Shown here: positions 39,992 to 55,400 of the stretch, in pieces
How the letters are laid out: every line of letters begins with the position of its first letter
How positions within the stretch are numbered: the stretch's first letter is position 1
DNA from: Auanema rhodensis
Taxonomy: Eukaryota; Animalia; Nematoda
Assembly: GCA_964057225.1 (NCBI GenBank)
Contig: OZ059898.1
Location: 2,232,001 to 2,296,000 of the forward strand
Length of the DNA stretch: 64,000 bases
Reading direction: 5' to 3'
The notes under the pieces: model-generated
What the model saw: the letters and a program-made list of their open reading frames with translations, nothing else
Database searches by the model: none
What the model was told of the DNA's origin: nothing
Made by a program: the position numbers and the translations under genes

Positions 39992-42900
39992 GTAATTTTT
40001 GTATTAAGCGTTTCTCAATGTAGTATAGTGCATTCGATGCGGATTTTTAAGCTGCGTCGATCTGTGTTATCAGATTTGCGCTAGCTTAAAAATGCACCGA
40101 GATATCAACTGATATAAGTTCACACTTATATCCTCGATTTTCACCCTGAAGAATTAATTTTTTTGTTGAATAATATTGTCCATCGTCTTTGCCTTGAAAA
40201 AAGGAATCTAAAAACATCTACTTTTTGCTAAATTATTTTGAAATTTTTCGAAAAAATTTTTGTCAAAATGTTTTTGGAAGCAATGTTGAGTGTACATGGA
40301 AACTCAAAATACACTAATGCATCATTTTTCAAACGATCATAACTAATTTTTGTATTAAGCGTTTCTCAATGTAGTATAGTGCATTCGATGCGGATTTTTA
40401 AGCTGCGTCGATCTGTGTTATCAGATTTGCGCTAGCTTAAAAATGCACCGAGATATCAACTGATATAAGTTCACACTTATATCCTCGATTTTCACCCTGA
40501 AGAATTAATTTTTTCGTTGAATAACATTGTCCATCGTCTTTGCCTTGAAAAAAGGAATCTAAAAACATCTACTTTTTGCTAAATTATTTTGAAATTTTTC
40601 GAAAAAATTTTTGTCAAAATGTTTTTGGAAGCAATGTTGAGTGTACATGGAAACTCAACATACACTAATGCATCATTTTTCAAACGATCATAACTAATTT
40701 TTGTATTAAGCGTTTCTCAATGTAGTATAGTGCATTCGATGCGGATTTTTAAGCTGCGTCGATCTGTGTTATCAGATTTGCGCTAGCTTAAAAATGCACC
40801 GAGATAACAACTGATATAAGTTCACACTTATATCCTCGATTTTCACCCTGAAGAATTAATTTTTTCGTTGAATAACATTGTCCATCGTCTTTGCCTTGAA
40901 AAAAGAAATCTAAAAACATCTACTTTTTGCTAAATTATTTTGAAATTTTTCGAAAAAATTTTTGTCAAAATGTTTTTGGAAGCAATGTTGAGTGTACATG
41001 GAAACTCAACATACACTAATGCATCATTTTTCAAACGATCATAACTAATTTTTGTATTAAGCGTTTCTCAATGTAGTATAGTGCATTCGATGCGGATTTT
41101 TAAGCTGCGTCGATCTGTGTTATCAGATTTGCGCTAGCTTAAAAATGCACCGAGATAACAACTGATATAAGTTCACACTTATATCCTCGATTTTCACCCT
41201 GAAGAATTAATTTTTTCGTTGAATAACATTGTCCATCGTCTTTGCCTTGAAAAAAGAAATCTAAAAACATCTACTTTTTGCTAAATTATTTTGAAATTTT
41301 TTGAAAAAATTTTTGTCAAAATGTTTTTGGAAGCAATGTTGAGTGTACATGGAAACTCAACATACACTAATGCATCATTTTTCAAACGATCATAACTAAT
41401 TTTTGTATTAAGCGTTTCTCAATGTAGTATAGTGCATTCGATGCGGATTTTTAAGCTGCGTCGATCTGTGTTATCAGATTTGCGCTAGCTTAAAAATGCA
41501 CCGAGATATCAACTGATATAAGTTCACACTTATATCCTCGATTTTCACCCTGAAGAATTAATTTTTTTGTTGAATAGTATTGTCCATCGTCTTTGCCTTG
41601 AAAAAAGGAATCTAAAAACATCTACTTTTTGCTAAATTATTTTGAAATTTTTCGAAAAAATTTTTGTCAAAATGTTTTTGGAAGCAATGTTGAGTGTACA
41701 TGGAAACTCAACATACACTAATGCATCATTTTTCAAACGATCATAACTAATTTTTGTATTAAGCGTTTCTCAATGTCGTATAGTGCATTCGATGCGGATT
41801 TTTAAGCTGCGTCGATCTGTGTTATCAGATTTGCGCTAGCTTAAAAATGCACCGAGATATCAACTGATATAAGTTCACACTTATATCCTTGATTTTCACC
41901 CTGAAGAATTAATTTTTTCGTTGAATAACATTGTCCATCGTTTTTGCCTTGAAAAAAGGAATCTAAAAACATCTACTTTTTGCTAAATTATTTTGAAATT
42001 TTTCGAAAAAATTTTTGTCAAAATGTTTTTGGAAGCAATGTTGAGTGTACATGGAAACTCAACATACACTAATGCATCATTTTTCAAACGATCATAACTA
42101 ATTTTTGTATTAAGCGTTTCTCAATGTAGTATAGTGCATTCGATGCGGATTTTTAAGCTGCGTCGATCTGTGTTATCAGATTTGCGCTAGCTTAAAAATG
42201 CACCGAGATATCAACTGATATAAGTTCACACTTATATCCTCGATTTTCACCCTGAAGAATTAATTTTTTCGTTGAATAACATTGTCCATCGCCTTTGCCT
42301 TGAAAAAAGGAATCTAAAAACATCTACTTTTTGCTAAATTATTTTGAAATTTTTCGAAAAAATTTTTGTCAAAATGTTTTTGGAAGCAATGTTGAGTGTA
42401 CATGGAAACTCAACATACACTAATGCATCATTTTTCAAACGATCATAAGTAATTTTTGTATTAAGCGTTTCTCAATGTAGTATAGTGCATTCGATGCGGA
42501 TTTTTAAGCTGCGTCGATCTGTGTTATCAGATTTGCGCTAGCTTAAAAATGCACCGAGATATCAACTGATATAAGTTCACACTTATATCCTCGATTTTCA
42601 CCCTGAAGAATTAATTTTTTTGTTGAATAATATTGTCCATCGTCTTTGCCTTGAAAAAAGGAATCTAAAAACATCTACTTTTTGCTAAATTATTTTGAAA
42701 TTTTTCGAAAAAATTTTTGTCAAAATGTTTTTGGAAGCAATGTTGAGTGTACATGGAAACTCAAAATACACTAATGCATCATTTTTCAAACGATCATAAC
42801 TAATTTTTGTATTAAGCGTTTCTCAATGTAGTATAGTGCATTCGATGCGGATTTTTAAGCTGCGTCGATCTGTGTTATCAGATTTGCGCTAGCTTAAAAA

Positions 42901-44905
42901 TGCACCGAGATATCAACTGATATAAGTTCACACTTATATCCTCGATTTTCACCCTGAAGAATTAATTTTTTCGTTGAATAACATTGTCCATCGTCTTTGC
43001 CTTGAAAAAAGGAATCTAAAAACATCTACTTTTTGCTAAATTATTTTGAAATTTTTCGAAAAAATTTTTGTCAAAATGTTTTTGGAAGCAATGTTGAGTG
43101 TACATGGAAACTCAACATACACTAATGCATCATTTTTCAAACGATCATAACTAATTTTTGTATTAAGCGTTTCTCAATGTAGTATAGTGCATTCGATGCG
43201 GATTTTTAAGCTGCGTCGATCTGTGTTATCAGATTTGCGCTAGCTTAAAAATGCACCGAGATAACAACTGATATAAGTTCACACTTATATCCTCGATTTT
43301 CACCCTGAAGAATTAATTTTTTCGTTGAATAACATTGTCCATCGTCTTTGCCTTGAAAAAAGAAATCTAAAAACATCTACTTTTTGCTAAATTATTTTGA
43401 AATTTTTCGAAAAAATTTTTGTCAAAATGTTTTTGGAAGCAATGTTGAGTGTACATGGAAACTCAACATACACTAATGCATCATTTTTCAAACGATCATA
43501 ACTAATTTTTGTATTAAGCGTTTCTCAATGTAGTATAGTGCATTCGATGCGGATTTTTAAGCTGCGTCGATCTGTGTTATCAGATTTGCGCTAGCTTAAA
43601 AATGCACCGAGATAACAACTGATATAAGTTCACACTTATATCCTCGATTTTCACCCTGAAGAATTAATTTTTTCGTTGAATAACATTGTCCATCGTCTTT
43701 GCCTTGAAAAAAGAAATCTAAAAACATCTACTTTTTGCTAAATTATTTTGAAATTTTTTGAAAAAATTTTTGTCAAAATGTTTTTGGAAGCAATGTTGAG
43801 TGTACATGGAAACTCAACATACACTAATGCATCATTTTTCAAACGATCATAACTAATTTTTGTATTAAGCGTTTCTCAATGTAGTATAGTGCATTCGATG
43901 CGGATTTTTAAGCTGCGTCGATCTGTGTTATCAGATTTGCGCTAGCTTAAAAATGCACCGAGATATCAACTGATATAAGTTCACACTTATATCCTCGATT
44001 TTCACCCTGAAGAATTAATTTTTTTGTTGAATAGTATTGTCCATCGTCTTTGCCTTGAAAAAAGGAATCTAAAAACATCTACTTTTTGCTAAATTATTTT
44101 GAAATTTTTCGAAAAAATTTTTGTCAAAATGTTTTTGGAAGCAATGTTGAGTGTACATGGAAACTCAACATACACTAATGCATCATTTTTCAAACGATCA
44201 TAACTAATTTTTGTATTAAGCGTTTCTCAATGTCGTATAGTGCATTCGATGCGGATTTTTAAGCTGCGTCGATCTGTGTTATCAGATTTGCGCTAGCTTA
44301 AAAATGCACCGAGATATCAACTGATATAAGTTCACACTTATATCCTTGATTTTCACCCTGAAGAATTAATTTTTTCGTTGAATAACATTGTCCATCGTTT
44401 TTGCCTTGAAAAAAGGAATCTAAAAACATCTACTTTTTGCTAAATTATTTTGAAATTTTTCGAAAAAATTTTTGTCAAAATGTTTTTGGAAGCAATGTTG
44501 AGTGTACATGGAAACTCAACATACACTAATGCATCATTTTTCAAACGATCATAACTAATTTTTGTATTAAGCGTTTCTCAATGTAGTATAGTGCATTCGA
44601 TGCGGATTTTTAAGCTGCGTCGATCTGTGTTATCAGATTTGCGCTAGCTTAAAAATGCACCGAGATATCAACTGATATAAGTTCACACTTATATCCTCGA
44701 TTTTCACCCTGAAGAATTAATTTTTTCGTTGAATAACATTGTCCATCGCCTTTGCCTTGAAAAAAGGAATCTAAAAACATCTACTTTTTGCTAAATTATT
44801 TTGAAATTTTTCGAAAAAATTTTTGTCAAAATGTTTTTGGAAGCAATGTTGAGTGTACATGGAAACTCAACATACACTAATGCATCATTTTTCAAACGAT
44901 CATAA
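39992..44905. repeat. Near-exact 7-monomer (2457-bp) tandem duplication
   Basis: Copies 115-121 match 122-128 in C159T+C293A, T90A+G189A (x2), AC158GT, A7C+C120T+C172T and T171C. C328G is at 39992 and 42449. Confidence 0.93.
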
Positions 44906-47900
44906 CTAATTTTTGTATTAAGCGTTTCTCAATGTAGTATAGTGCATTCGATGCGGATTTTTAAGCTGCGTCGATCTGTGTTATCAGATTTGCGCTAGCT
45001 TAAAAATGCACCGAGATATCAACTGATATAAGTTCACACTTATATCCTCGATTTTGACCCTGAAGAATTAATTTTTTCGTTGAATAACATTGTCCATCGT
45101 CTTTGCCTTGAAAAAAGGAATCTAAAAACATCTACTTTTTGCTAAATTATTTTGAAATTTTTCGAAAAAATTTTTGTCAAAATGTTTTTGGAAGCAATGT
45201 TGAGTGTACATGGAAACTCAACATACACTAATGCATCATTTTTCAAACGATCATAACTAATTTTTGTATTAAGCGTTTCTCAATGTCGTATAGTGCATTC
45301 GATGCGGATTTTTAAGCTGCGTCGATCTGTGTTATCAGATTTGCGCTAGCTTAAAAATGCACCGAGATATCAACTGATATAAGTTCACACTTATATCCTC
45401 GATTTTCACCCTGAAGATTTAATTTTTTCGTTGAATAACATTGTCCATCGTCTTTGCCTTGGAAAATGGAATCTAAAAACATCTACTTTTTGCTAAATTA
45501 TTTTGAAATTTTTCGAAAAAATTTTTGTCAAAATGTTTTTGGAAGCAATGTTGAGTGTACATGGAAACTCAACATACACTAATGCATCATTTTTCAAACG
45601 ATCATAACTAATTTTTGTATTAAGCGTTTCTCAATGTAGTATAGTGCATTCGATGCGGATTTTTAAGCTGCGTCGATCTGTGTGATCAGATTTGCGCTAG
45701 CTTAAAAATGCACCGAGATATCAACTGATATAAGTTCACACTTATATCCTCGATTTTCACCCTGAAGAATTAATTTTTTCGTTGAATAGTATTGTCCATC
45801 GTCTTTGCCTTGAAAAAAGGAATCTAAAAACATCTACTTTTTGCTAAATTATTTTGAAATTTTTCGAAAAAATTTTTGTCAAAATGTTTTTGGAAGCAAT
45901 GTTGAGTGTACATGGAAACTCAACATACACTAATGCATCATTTTTCAAACGATCATAACTAATTTTTGTATTAAGCGTTTCTCAATGTCGTATAGTGCAT
46001 TCGATGCGGATTTTTAAGCTGCGTCGATCTGTGTTATCAGATTTGCGCTAGCTTAAAAATGCACCGAGATATCAACTGATATAAGTTCACACTTATATCC
46101 TCGATTTTCACTCTGAAGATTTAATTTTTTCGTTGAATAACATTGTCCATCGTCTTTGCCTTGAAAAATGGAATCTAAAAACATCTACTTTTTGCTAAAT
46201 TATTTTGAAATTTTTCGAAAAAATTTTTGTCAAAATGTTTTTGGAAGCAATGTTGAGTGTACATGGAAACTCAACATACACTAATGCATCATTTTTCAAA
46301 CGATCATAACTAATTTTTGTATTAAGCGTTTCTCAATGTAGTATAGTGCATTCGATGCGGATTTTTAAGCTGCGTCGATCTGTGTTATCAGATTTGCGCT
46401 AGCTTAAAAATGCACCGAGATATCAACTGATATAAGTTCACACTTATATCCTCGATTTTCACCCTGAAGAATTAATTTTTTCGTTGAATAGTATTGTCCA
46501 TCGTCTTTGCCTTGAAAAAAGGAATCTAAAAACATCTACTTTTTGCTAAATTATTTTGAAATTTTTCGAAAAAATTTTTGTCAAAATGTTTTTGGAAGCA
46601 ATGTTGAGTGTACATGGAAACTCAACATACACTAATGCATCATTTTTCAAACGATCATAACTAATTTTTGTATTAAGCGTTTCTCAATGTCGTATAGTGC
46701 ATTCGATGCGGATTTTTAAGCTGCGTCGATCTGTGTTATCAGATTTGCGCTAGCTTAAAAATGCACCGAGATATCAACTGATATAAGTTCACACTTATAT
46801 CCTTGATTTTCACCCTGAAGAATTAATTTTTTCGTTGAATAACATTGTCCATCGTTTTTGCCTTGAAAAAAGGAATCTAGAAACATCTACTTTTTGCTAA
46901 ATTATTTTGAAAGTTTTCGAAAAAATTTTTGTCAAAATGTTTTTGGAAGCAATGTTGAGTGTACATGGAAACTCAACATACACTAATGCATCATTTTTCA
47001 AACGATCATAACTAATTTTTGTATTAAGCGTTTCTCAATGTAGTATAGTGCATTCGATGCGGATTTTTAAGCTGCGTCGATCTGTGTTATCAGATTTGCG
47101 CTAGCTTAAAAATGCACCGAGATATCAACTGATATAAGTTCACACTTATATCCTCGATTTTCACCCTGAAGAATTAATTTTTTCGTTGAATAACATTGTC
47201 CATCGTCTTTGCCTTGAAAAAAGGAATCTAAAAACATCTACTTTTTGCTAAATTATTTTGAAATTTTTCGAAAAAATTTTTGTCAAAATGTTTTTGGAAG
47301 CAATGTTGAGTGTACATGGAAACTCAACATACACTAATGCATCATTTTTCAAACGATCATAACTAATTTTTGTATTAAGCGTTTCTCAATGTAGTATAGT
47401 GCATTCGATGCGGATTTTTAAGCTGCGTCGATCTGTGTTATCAGATTTGCGCTAGCTTAAAAATGCACCGAGATATCAACTGATATAAGTTCACACTTAT
47501 ATCCTCGATTTTGACCCTGAAGAATTAATTTTTTCGTTGAATAACATTGTCCATCGTCTTTGCCTTGAAAAAAGGAATCTAAAAACATCTACTTTTTGCT
47601 AAATTATTTTGAAATTTTTCGAAAAAATTTTTGTCAAAATGTTTTTGGAAGCAATGTTGAGTGTACATGGAAACTCAACATACACTAATGCATCATTTTT
47701 CAAACGATCATAACTAATTTTTGTATTAAGCGTTTCTCAATGTAGTATAGTGCATTCGATGCGGATTTTTAAGCTGCGTCGATCTGTGTTATCAGATTTG
47801 CGCTAGCTTAAAAATGCACCGAGATATCAACTGATATAAGTTCACACTTATATCCTCGATTTTGACCCTGAAGAATTAATTTTTTCGTTGAATAACATTG

Positions 47901-49492
47901 TCCATCGTCTTTGCCTTGAAAAAAGGAATCTAAAAACATCTACTTTTTGCTAAATTATTTTGAAATTTTTCGAAAAAATTTTTGTCAAAATGTTTTTGGA
48001 AGCAATGTTGAGTGTACATGGAAACTCAACATACACTAATGCATCATTTTTCAAACGATCATAACTAATTTTTGTATTAAGCGTTTCTCAATGTAGTATA
48101 GTGCATTCGATGCGGATTTTTAAGCTGCGTCGATCTGTGTTATCAGATTTGCGCTAGCTTAAAAATGCACCGAGATATCAACTGATATAAGTTCACACTT
48201 ATATCCTCGATTTTGACCCTGAAGAATTAATTTTTTCGTTGAATAACAATGTCCATCGTCTTTGCCTTGAAAAAAGGAATCTAAAAACATCTACTTTTTG
48301 CTAAATTATTTTGAAATTTTTCGAAAAAATTTTTGTCAAAATGTTTTTGGAAGCAATGTTGAGTGTACATGGAAACTCAACATACACTAATGCATCATTT
48401 TTCAAACGATCATAACTAATTTTTGTATTAAGCGTTTCTCAATGTAGTATAGTGCATTCGATGCGGATTTTTAAGCTGCGTCGATCTGTGTTATCAGATT
48501 TGCGCTAGCTTAAAAATGCACCGAGATATCAACTGATATAAGTTCACACTTATATCCTCGATTTTCACCCTGAAGAATTAATTTTTTCGTTGAATAACAT
48601 TGTCCATCGTCTTTGCCTTGAAAAAAGGAATCTAAAAACATCTACTTTTTGCTAAATTATTTTGAAATTTTTCGAAAAAATTTTTGTCAAAATGTTTTTG
48701 GAAGCAATGTTGAGTGTACATGGAAACTCAACATACACTAATGCATCATTTTTCAAACGATCATAACTAATTTTTGTATTAAGCGTTTCTCAATGTAGTA
48801 TAGTGCATTCGATGCGGATTTTTAAGCTGCGTCGATCTGTGTTATCAGATTTGCGCTAGCTTAAAAATGCACCGAGATATCAACTGATATAAGTTCACAC
48901 TTATATCCTCGATTTTGACCCTGAAGAATTAATTTTTTCGTTGAATAACATTGTCCATCGTCTTTGCCTTGAAAAAAGGAATCTAAAAACATCTACTTTT
49001 TGCTAAATTATTTTGAAATTTTTCGAAAAAATTTTTGTCAAAATGTTTTTGGAAGCAATGTTGAGTGTACATGGAAACTCAACATACACTAATGCATCAT
49101 TTTTCAAACGATCATAACTAATTTTTGTATTAAGCGTTTCTCAATGTAGTATAGTGCATTCGATGCGGATTTTTAAGCTGCGTCGATCTGTGTTATCAGA
49201 TTTGCGCTAGCTTAAAAATGCACCGAGATATCAACTGATATAAGTTCACACTTATATCCTCGATTTTCACCCTGAAGAATTAATTTTTTCGTTGAATAAC
49301 ATTGTCCATCGTCTTTGCCTTGAAAAAAGGAATCTAAAAACATCTACTTTTTGCTAAATTATTTTGAAATTTTTCGAAAAAATTTTTGTCAAAATGTTTT
49401 TGGAAGCAATGTTGAGTGTACATGGAAACTCAACATACACTAATGCATCATTTTTCAAACGATCATAACTAATTTTTGTATTAAGCGTTTCT

Positions 49493-52400
49493 CAATGTAG
49501 TATAGTGCATTCGATGCGGATTTTTAAGCTGCGTCGATCTGTGTTATCAGATTTGCGCTAGCTTAAAAATGCACCGAGATATCAACTGATATAAGTTCAC
49601 ACTTATATCCTCGATTTTCACCCTGAAGAATTAATTTTTTCGTTGAATAACATTGTCCATCGTCTTTGCCTTGAAAAATGGAATCTAAAAACATCTACTT
49701 TTTGCTAAATTATTTTGAAATTTTTCGAAAAAATTTTTGTCAAAATGTTTTTGGAAGCAATGTTGAGTGTACATGGAAACTCAACATACACTAATGCATC
49801 ATTTTTCAAACGATCATAACTAATTTTTGTATTAAGCGTTTCTCAATGTAGTATAGTGCATTCGATGCGGATTTTTAAGCTGCGTCGATCTGTGTTATCA
49901 GATTTGCGCTAGCTTAAAAATGCACCGAGATATCAACTGATATAAGTTCACACTTATATCCTCGATTTTGACCCTGAAGAATTAATTTTTTCGTTGAATA
50001 ACATTGTCCATCGTCTTTGCCTTGAAAAAAGGAATCTAAAAACATCTACTTTTTGCTAAATTATTTTGAAATTTTTCGAAAAAATTTTTGTCAAAATGTT
50101 TTTGGAAGCAATGTTGAGTGTACATGGAAACTCAACATACACTAATGCATCATTTTTCAAACGATCATAACTAATTTTTGTATTGAGCGTTTCTCAATGT
50201 AGTATAGTGCATTCGATGCGGATTTTTAAGCTGCGTCGATCTGTGTTATCAGATTTGCGCTAGCTTAAAAATGCACCGAGATATCAACTGATATAAGTTC
50301 ACACTTATATCCTCGATTTTCACCCTGAAGATTTAATTTTTTCGTTGAATAACATTGTCCATCGTCTTTGCCTTGAAAAATGGAATCTAAAAACATCTAC
50401 TTTTTGCTAAATTATTTTGAAATTTTTCGAAAAAATTTTTGTCAAAATGTTTTTGGAAGCAATGTTGAGTGTACATGGAAACTCAACATACACTAATGCA
50501 TCATTTTTCAAACGATCATAACTAATTTTTGTATTAAGCGTTTCTCAATGTAGTATAGTGCATTCGATGCGGATTTTTAAGCTGCGTCGATCTGTGTTAT
50601 CAGATTTGCGCTAGCTTAAAAATGCACCGAGATATCAACTGATATAAGTTCACACTTATATCCTCGATTTTCACCCTGAAGAATTAATTTTTTCGTTGAA
50701 TAACATTGTCCATCGTCTTTGCCTTGAAAAAAGGAATCTAAAAACATCTACTTTTTGCTAAATTATTTTGAAATTTTTCGAAAAAATTTTTGTCAAAATG
50801 TTTTTGGAAGCAATGTTGAGTGTACATGGAAACTCAACATACACTAATGCATCATTTTTCAAACGATCATAACTAATTTTTGTATTAAGCGTTTCTCAAT
50901 GTAGTATAGTGCATTCGATGCGGATTTTTAAGCTGCGTCGATCTGTGTTATCAGATTTGCGCTAGCTTAAAAATGCACCGAGATATCAACTGATATAAGT
51001 TCACACTTATATCCTCGATTTTGACCCTGAAGAATTAATTTTTTTGTTGAATAACATTGTCCATCGTCTTTGCCTTGAAAAAAGGAATCTAAAAACATCT
51101 ACTTTTTGCTAAATTATTTTGAAATTTTTCGAAAAAATTTTTGTCAAAATGTTTTTGGAAGCAATGTTGAGTGTACATGGAAACTCAACATACACTAATG
51201 CATCATTTTTCAAACGATCATAACTAATTTTTGTATTAAGCGTTTCTCAATGTAGTATAGTGCATTCGATGCGGATTTTTAAGCTGCGTCGATCTGTGTT
51301 ATCAGATTTGCGCTAGCTTAAAAATGCACCGAGATATCAACTGATATAAGTTCACACTTATATCCTCGATTTTCACCCTGAAGAATTAATTTTTTCGTTG
51401 AATAACATTGTCCATCGTCTTTGCCTTGAAAAAAGGAATCTAAAAACATCTACTTTTTGCTAAATTATTTTGAAATTTTTCGAAAAAATTTTTGTCAAAA
51501 TGTTTTTGGAAGCAATGTTGAGTGTACATGGAAACTCAACATACACTAATGCATCATTTTTCAAACGATCATAACTAATTTTTGTATTAAGCGTTTCTCA
51601 ATGTAGTATAGTGCATTCGATGCGGATTTTTAAGCTGCGTCGATCTGTGTTATCAGATTTGCGCTAGCTTAAAAATGCACCGAGATATCAACTGATATAA
51701 GTTCACACTTATATCCTCGATTTTCACCCTGAAGAATTAATTTTTTCGTTGAATAACATTGTCCATCGTCTTTGCCTTGAAAAATGGAATCTAAAAACAT
51801 CTACTTTTTGCTAAATTATTTTGAAATTTTTCGAAAAAATTTTTGTCAAAATGTTTTTGGAAGCAATGTTGAGTGTACATGGAAACTCAACATACACTAA
51901 TGCATCATTTTTCAAACGATCATAACTAATTTTTGTATTAAGCGTTTCTCAATGTAGTATAGTGCATTCGATGCGGATTTTTAAGCTGCGTCGATCTGTG
52001 TTATCAGATTTGCGCTAGCTTAAAAATGCACCGAGATATCAACTGATATAAGTTCACACTTATATCCTCGATTTTGACCCTGAAGAATTAATTTTTTCGT
52101 TGAATAACATTGTCCATCGTCTTTGCCTTGAAAAAAGGAATCTAAAAACATCTACTTTTTGCTAAATTATTTTGAAATTTTTCGAAAAAATTTTTGTCAA
52201 AATGTTTTTGGAAGCAATGTTGAGTGTACATGGAAACTCAACATACACTAATGCATCATTTTTCAAACGATCATAACTAATTTTTGTATTGAGCGTTTCT
52301 CAATGTAGTATAGTGCATTCGATGCGGATTTTTAAGCTGCGTCGATCTGTGTTATCAGATTTGCGCTAGCTTAAAAATGCACCGAGATATCAACTGATAT

Positions 52401-55400
52401 AAGTTCACACTTATATCCTCGATTTTCACCCTGAAGATTTAATTTTTTCGTTGAATAACATTGTCCATCGTCTTTGCCTTGAAAAATGGAATCTAAAAAC
52501 ATCTACTTTTTGCTAAATTATTTTGAAATTTTTCGAAAAAATTTTTGTCAAAATGTTTTTGGAAGCAATGTTGAGTGTACATGGAAACTCAACATACACT
52601 AATGCATCATTTTTCAAACGATCATAACTAATTTTTGTATTAAGCGTTTCTCAATGTAGTATAGTGCATTCGATGCGGATTTTTAAGCTGCGTCGATCTG
52701 TGTTATCAGATTGGCGCTAGCTTAAAAATGCACCGAGATATCAACTGATATAAGTTCACACTTATATCCTCGATTTTCACCCTGAAGAATTAATTTTTTT
52801 GTTGAATAACATTGTCCATCGCCTTTGCCTTAAAAAAAGGAATCTAAAAACATCTACTTTTTGCTAAATTATTTTGAAATTTTTCGAAAAAATTTTTGTC
52901 AAAATGTTTTTGGAAGCAATGTTGAGTGTACATGGAAACTCAACATACACTAATGCATCATTTTTCAAACGATCATAACTAATTTTTGTATTGAGCGTTT
53001 CTCAATGTAGTATAGTGCATTCGATGCGGATTTTTAAGCTGCGTCGATCTGTGTTATCAGATTTGCGCTAGCTTAAAAATGCACCGAGATATCAACTGAT
53101 ATAAGTTCACACTTATATCCTCGATTTTCACCCTGAAGAATTAATTTTTTCGTTGAATAACATTGTCCATCGTCTTTGCCTTGAAAAATGGAATCTAAAA
53201 ACATCTACTTTTTGCTAAATTATTTTGAAATTTTTCGAAAAAATTTTTGTCAAAATGTTTTTGGAAGCAATGTTGAGTGTACATGGAAACTCAACATACA
53301 CTAATGCATCATTTTTCAAACGATCATAACTAATTTTTGTATTAAGCGTTTCTCAATGTAGTATAGTGCATTCGATGCGGATTTTTAAGCTGCGTCGATC
53401 TGTGTTATCAGATTTGCGCTAGCTTAAAAATGCACCGAGATATCAACTGATATAAGTTCACACTTATATCCTCGATTTTGACCCTGAAGAATTAATTTTT
53501 TCGTTGAATAACATTGTCCATCGTCTTTGCCTTGAAAAAAGGAATCTAAAAACATCTACTTTTTGCTAAATTATTTTGAAATTTTTCGAAAAAATTTTTG
53601 TCAAAATGTTTTTGGAAGCAATGTTGAGTGTACATGGAAACTCAACATACACTAATGCATCATTTTTCAAACGATCATAACTAATTTTTGTATTGAGCGT
53701 TTCTCAATGTAGTATAGTGCATTCGATGCGGATTTTTAAGCTGCGTCGATCTGTGTTATCAGATTTGCGCTAGCTTAAAAATGCACCGAGATATCAACTG
53801 ATATAAGTTCACACTTATATCCTCGATTTTCACCCTGAAGATTTAATTTTTTCGTTGAATAACATTGTCCATCGTCTTTGCCTTGAAAAATGGAATCTAA
53901 AAACATCTACTTTTTGCTAAATTATTTTGAAATTTTTCGAAAAAATTTTTGTCAAAATGTTTTTGGAAGCAATGTTGAGTGTACATGGAAACTCAACATA
54001 CACTAATGCATCATTTTTCAAACGATCATAACTAATTTTTGTATTAAGCGTTTCTCAATGTAGTATAGTGCATTCGATGCGGATTTTTAAGCTGCGTCGA
54101 TCTGTGTTATCAGATTTGCGCTAGCTTAAAAATGCACCGAGATATCAACTGATATAAGTTCACACTTATATCCTCGATTTTCACCCTGAAGAATTAATTT
54201 TTTCGTTGAATAACATTGTCCATCGTCTTTGCCTTGAAAAAAGGAATCTAAAAACATCTACTTTTTGCTAAATTATTTTGAAATTTTTCGAAAAAATTTT
54301 TGTCAAAATGTTTTTGGAAGCAATGTTGAGTGTACATGGAAACTCAACATACACTAATGCATCATTTTTCAAACGATCATAACTAATTTTTGTATTAAGC
54401 GTTTCTCAATGTAGTATAGTGCATTCGATGCGGATTTTTAAGCTGCGTCGATCTGTGTTATCAGATTTGCGCTAGCTTAAAAATGCACCGAGATATCAAC
54501 TGATATAAGTTCACACTTATATCCTCGATTTTGACCCTGAAGAATTAATTTTTTCGTTGAATAACATTGTCCATCGTCTTTGCCTTGAAAAAAGGAATCT
54601 AAAAACATCTACTTTTTGCTAAATTATTTTGAAATTTTTCGAAAAAATTTTTGTCAAAATGTTTTTGGAAGCAATGTTGAGTGTACATGGAAACTCAACA
54701 TACACTAATGCATCATTTTTCAAACGATCATAACTAATTTTTGTATTAAGCGTTTCTCAATGTAGTATAGTGCATTCGATGCGGATTTTTAAGCTGCGTC
54801 GATCTGTGTTATCAGATTTGCGCTAGCTTAAAAATGCACCGAGATATCAACTGATATAAGTTCACACTTATATCCTCGATTTTCACCCTGAAGAATTAAT
54901 TTTTTCGTTGAATAACATTGTCCATCGTCTTTGCCTTGAAAAAAGGAATCTAAAAACATCTACTTTTTGCTAAATTATTTTGAAATTTTTCGAAAAAATT
55001 TTTGTCAAAATGTTTTTGGAAGCAATGTTGAGTGTACATGGAAACTCAACATACACTAATGCATCATTTTTCAAACGATCATAACTAATTTTTGTATTAA
55101 GCGTTTCTCAATGTAGTATAGTGCATTCGATGCGGATTTTTAAGCTGCGTCGATCTGTGTTATCAGATTTGCGCTAGCTTAAAAATGCACCGAGATATCA
55201 ACTGATATAAGTTCACACTTATATCCTCGATTTTCACCCTGAAGAATTAATTTTTTCGTTGAATAACATTGTCCATCGTCTTTGCCTTGAAAAATGGAAT
55301 CTAAAAACATCTACTTTTTGCTAAATTATTTTGAAATTTTTCGAAAAAATTTTTGTCAAAATGTTTTTGGAAGCAATGTTGAGTGTACATGGAAACTCAA

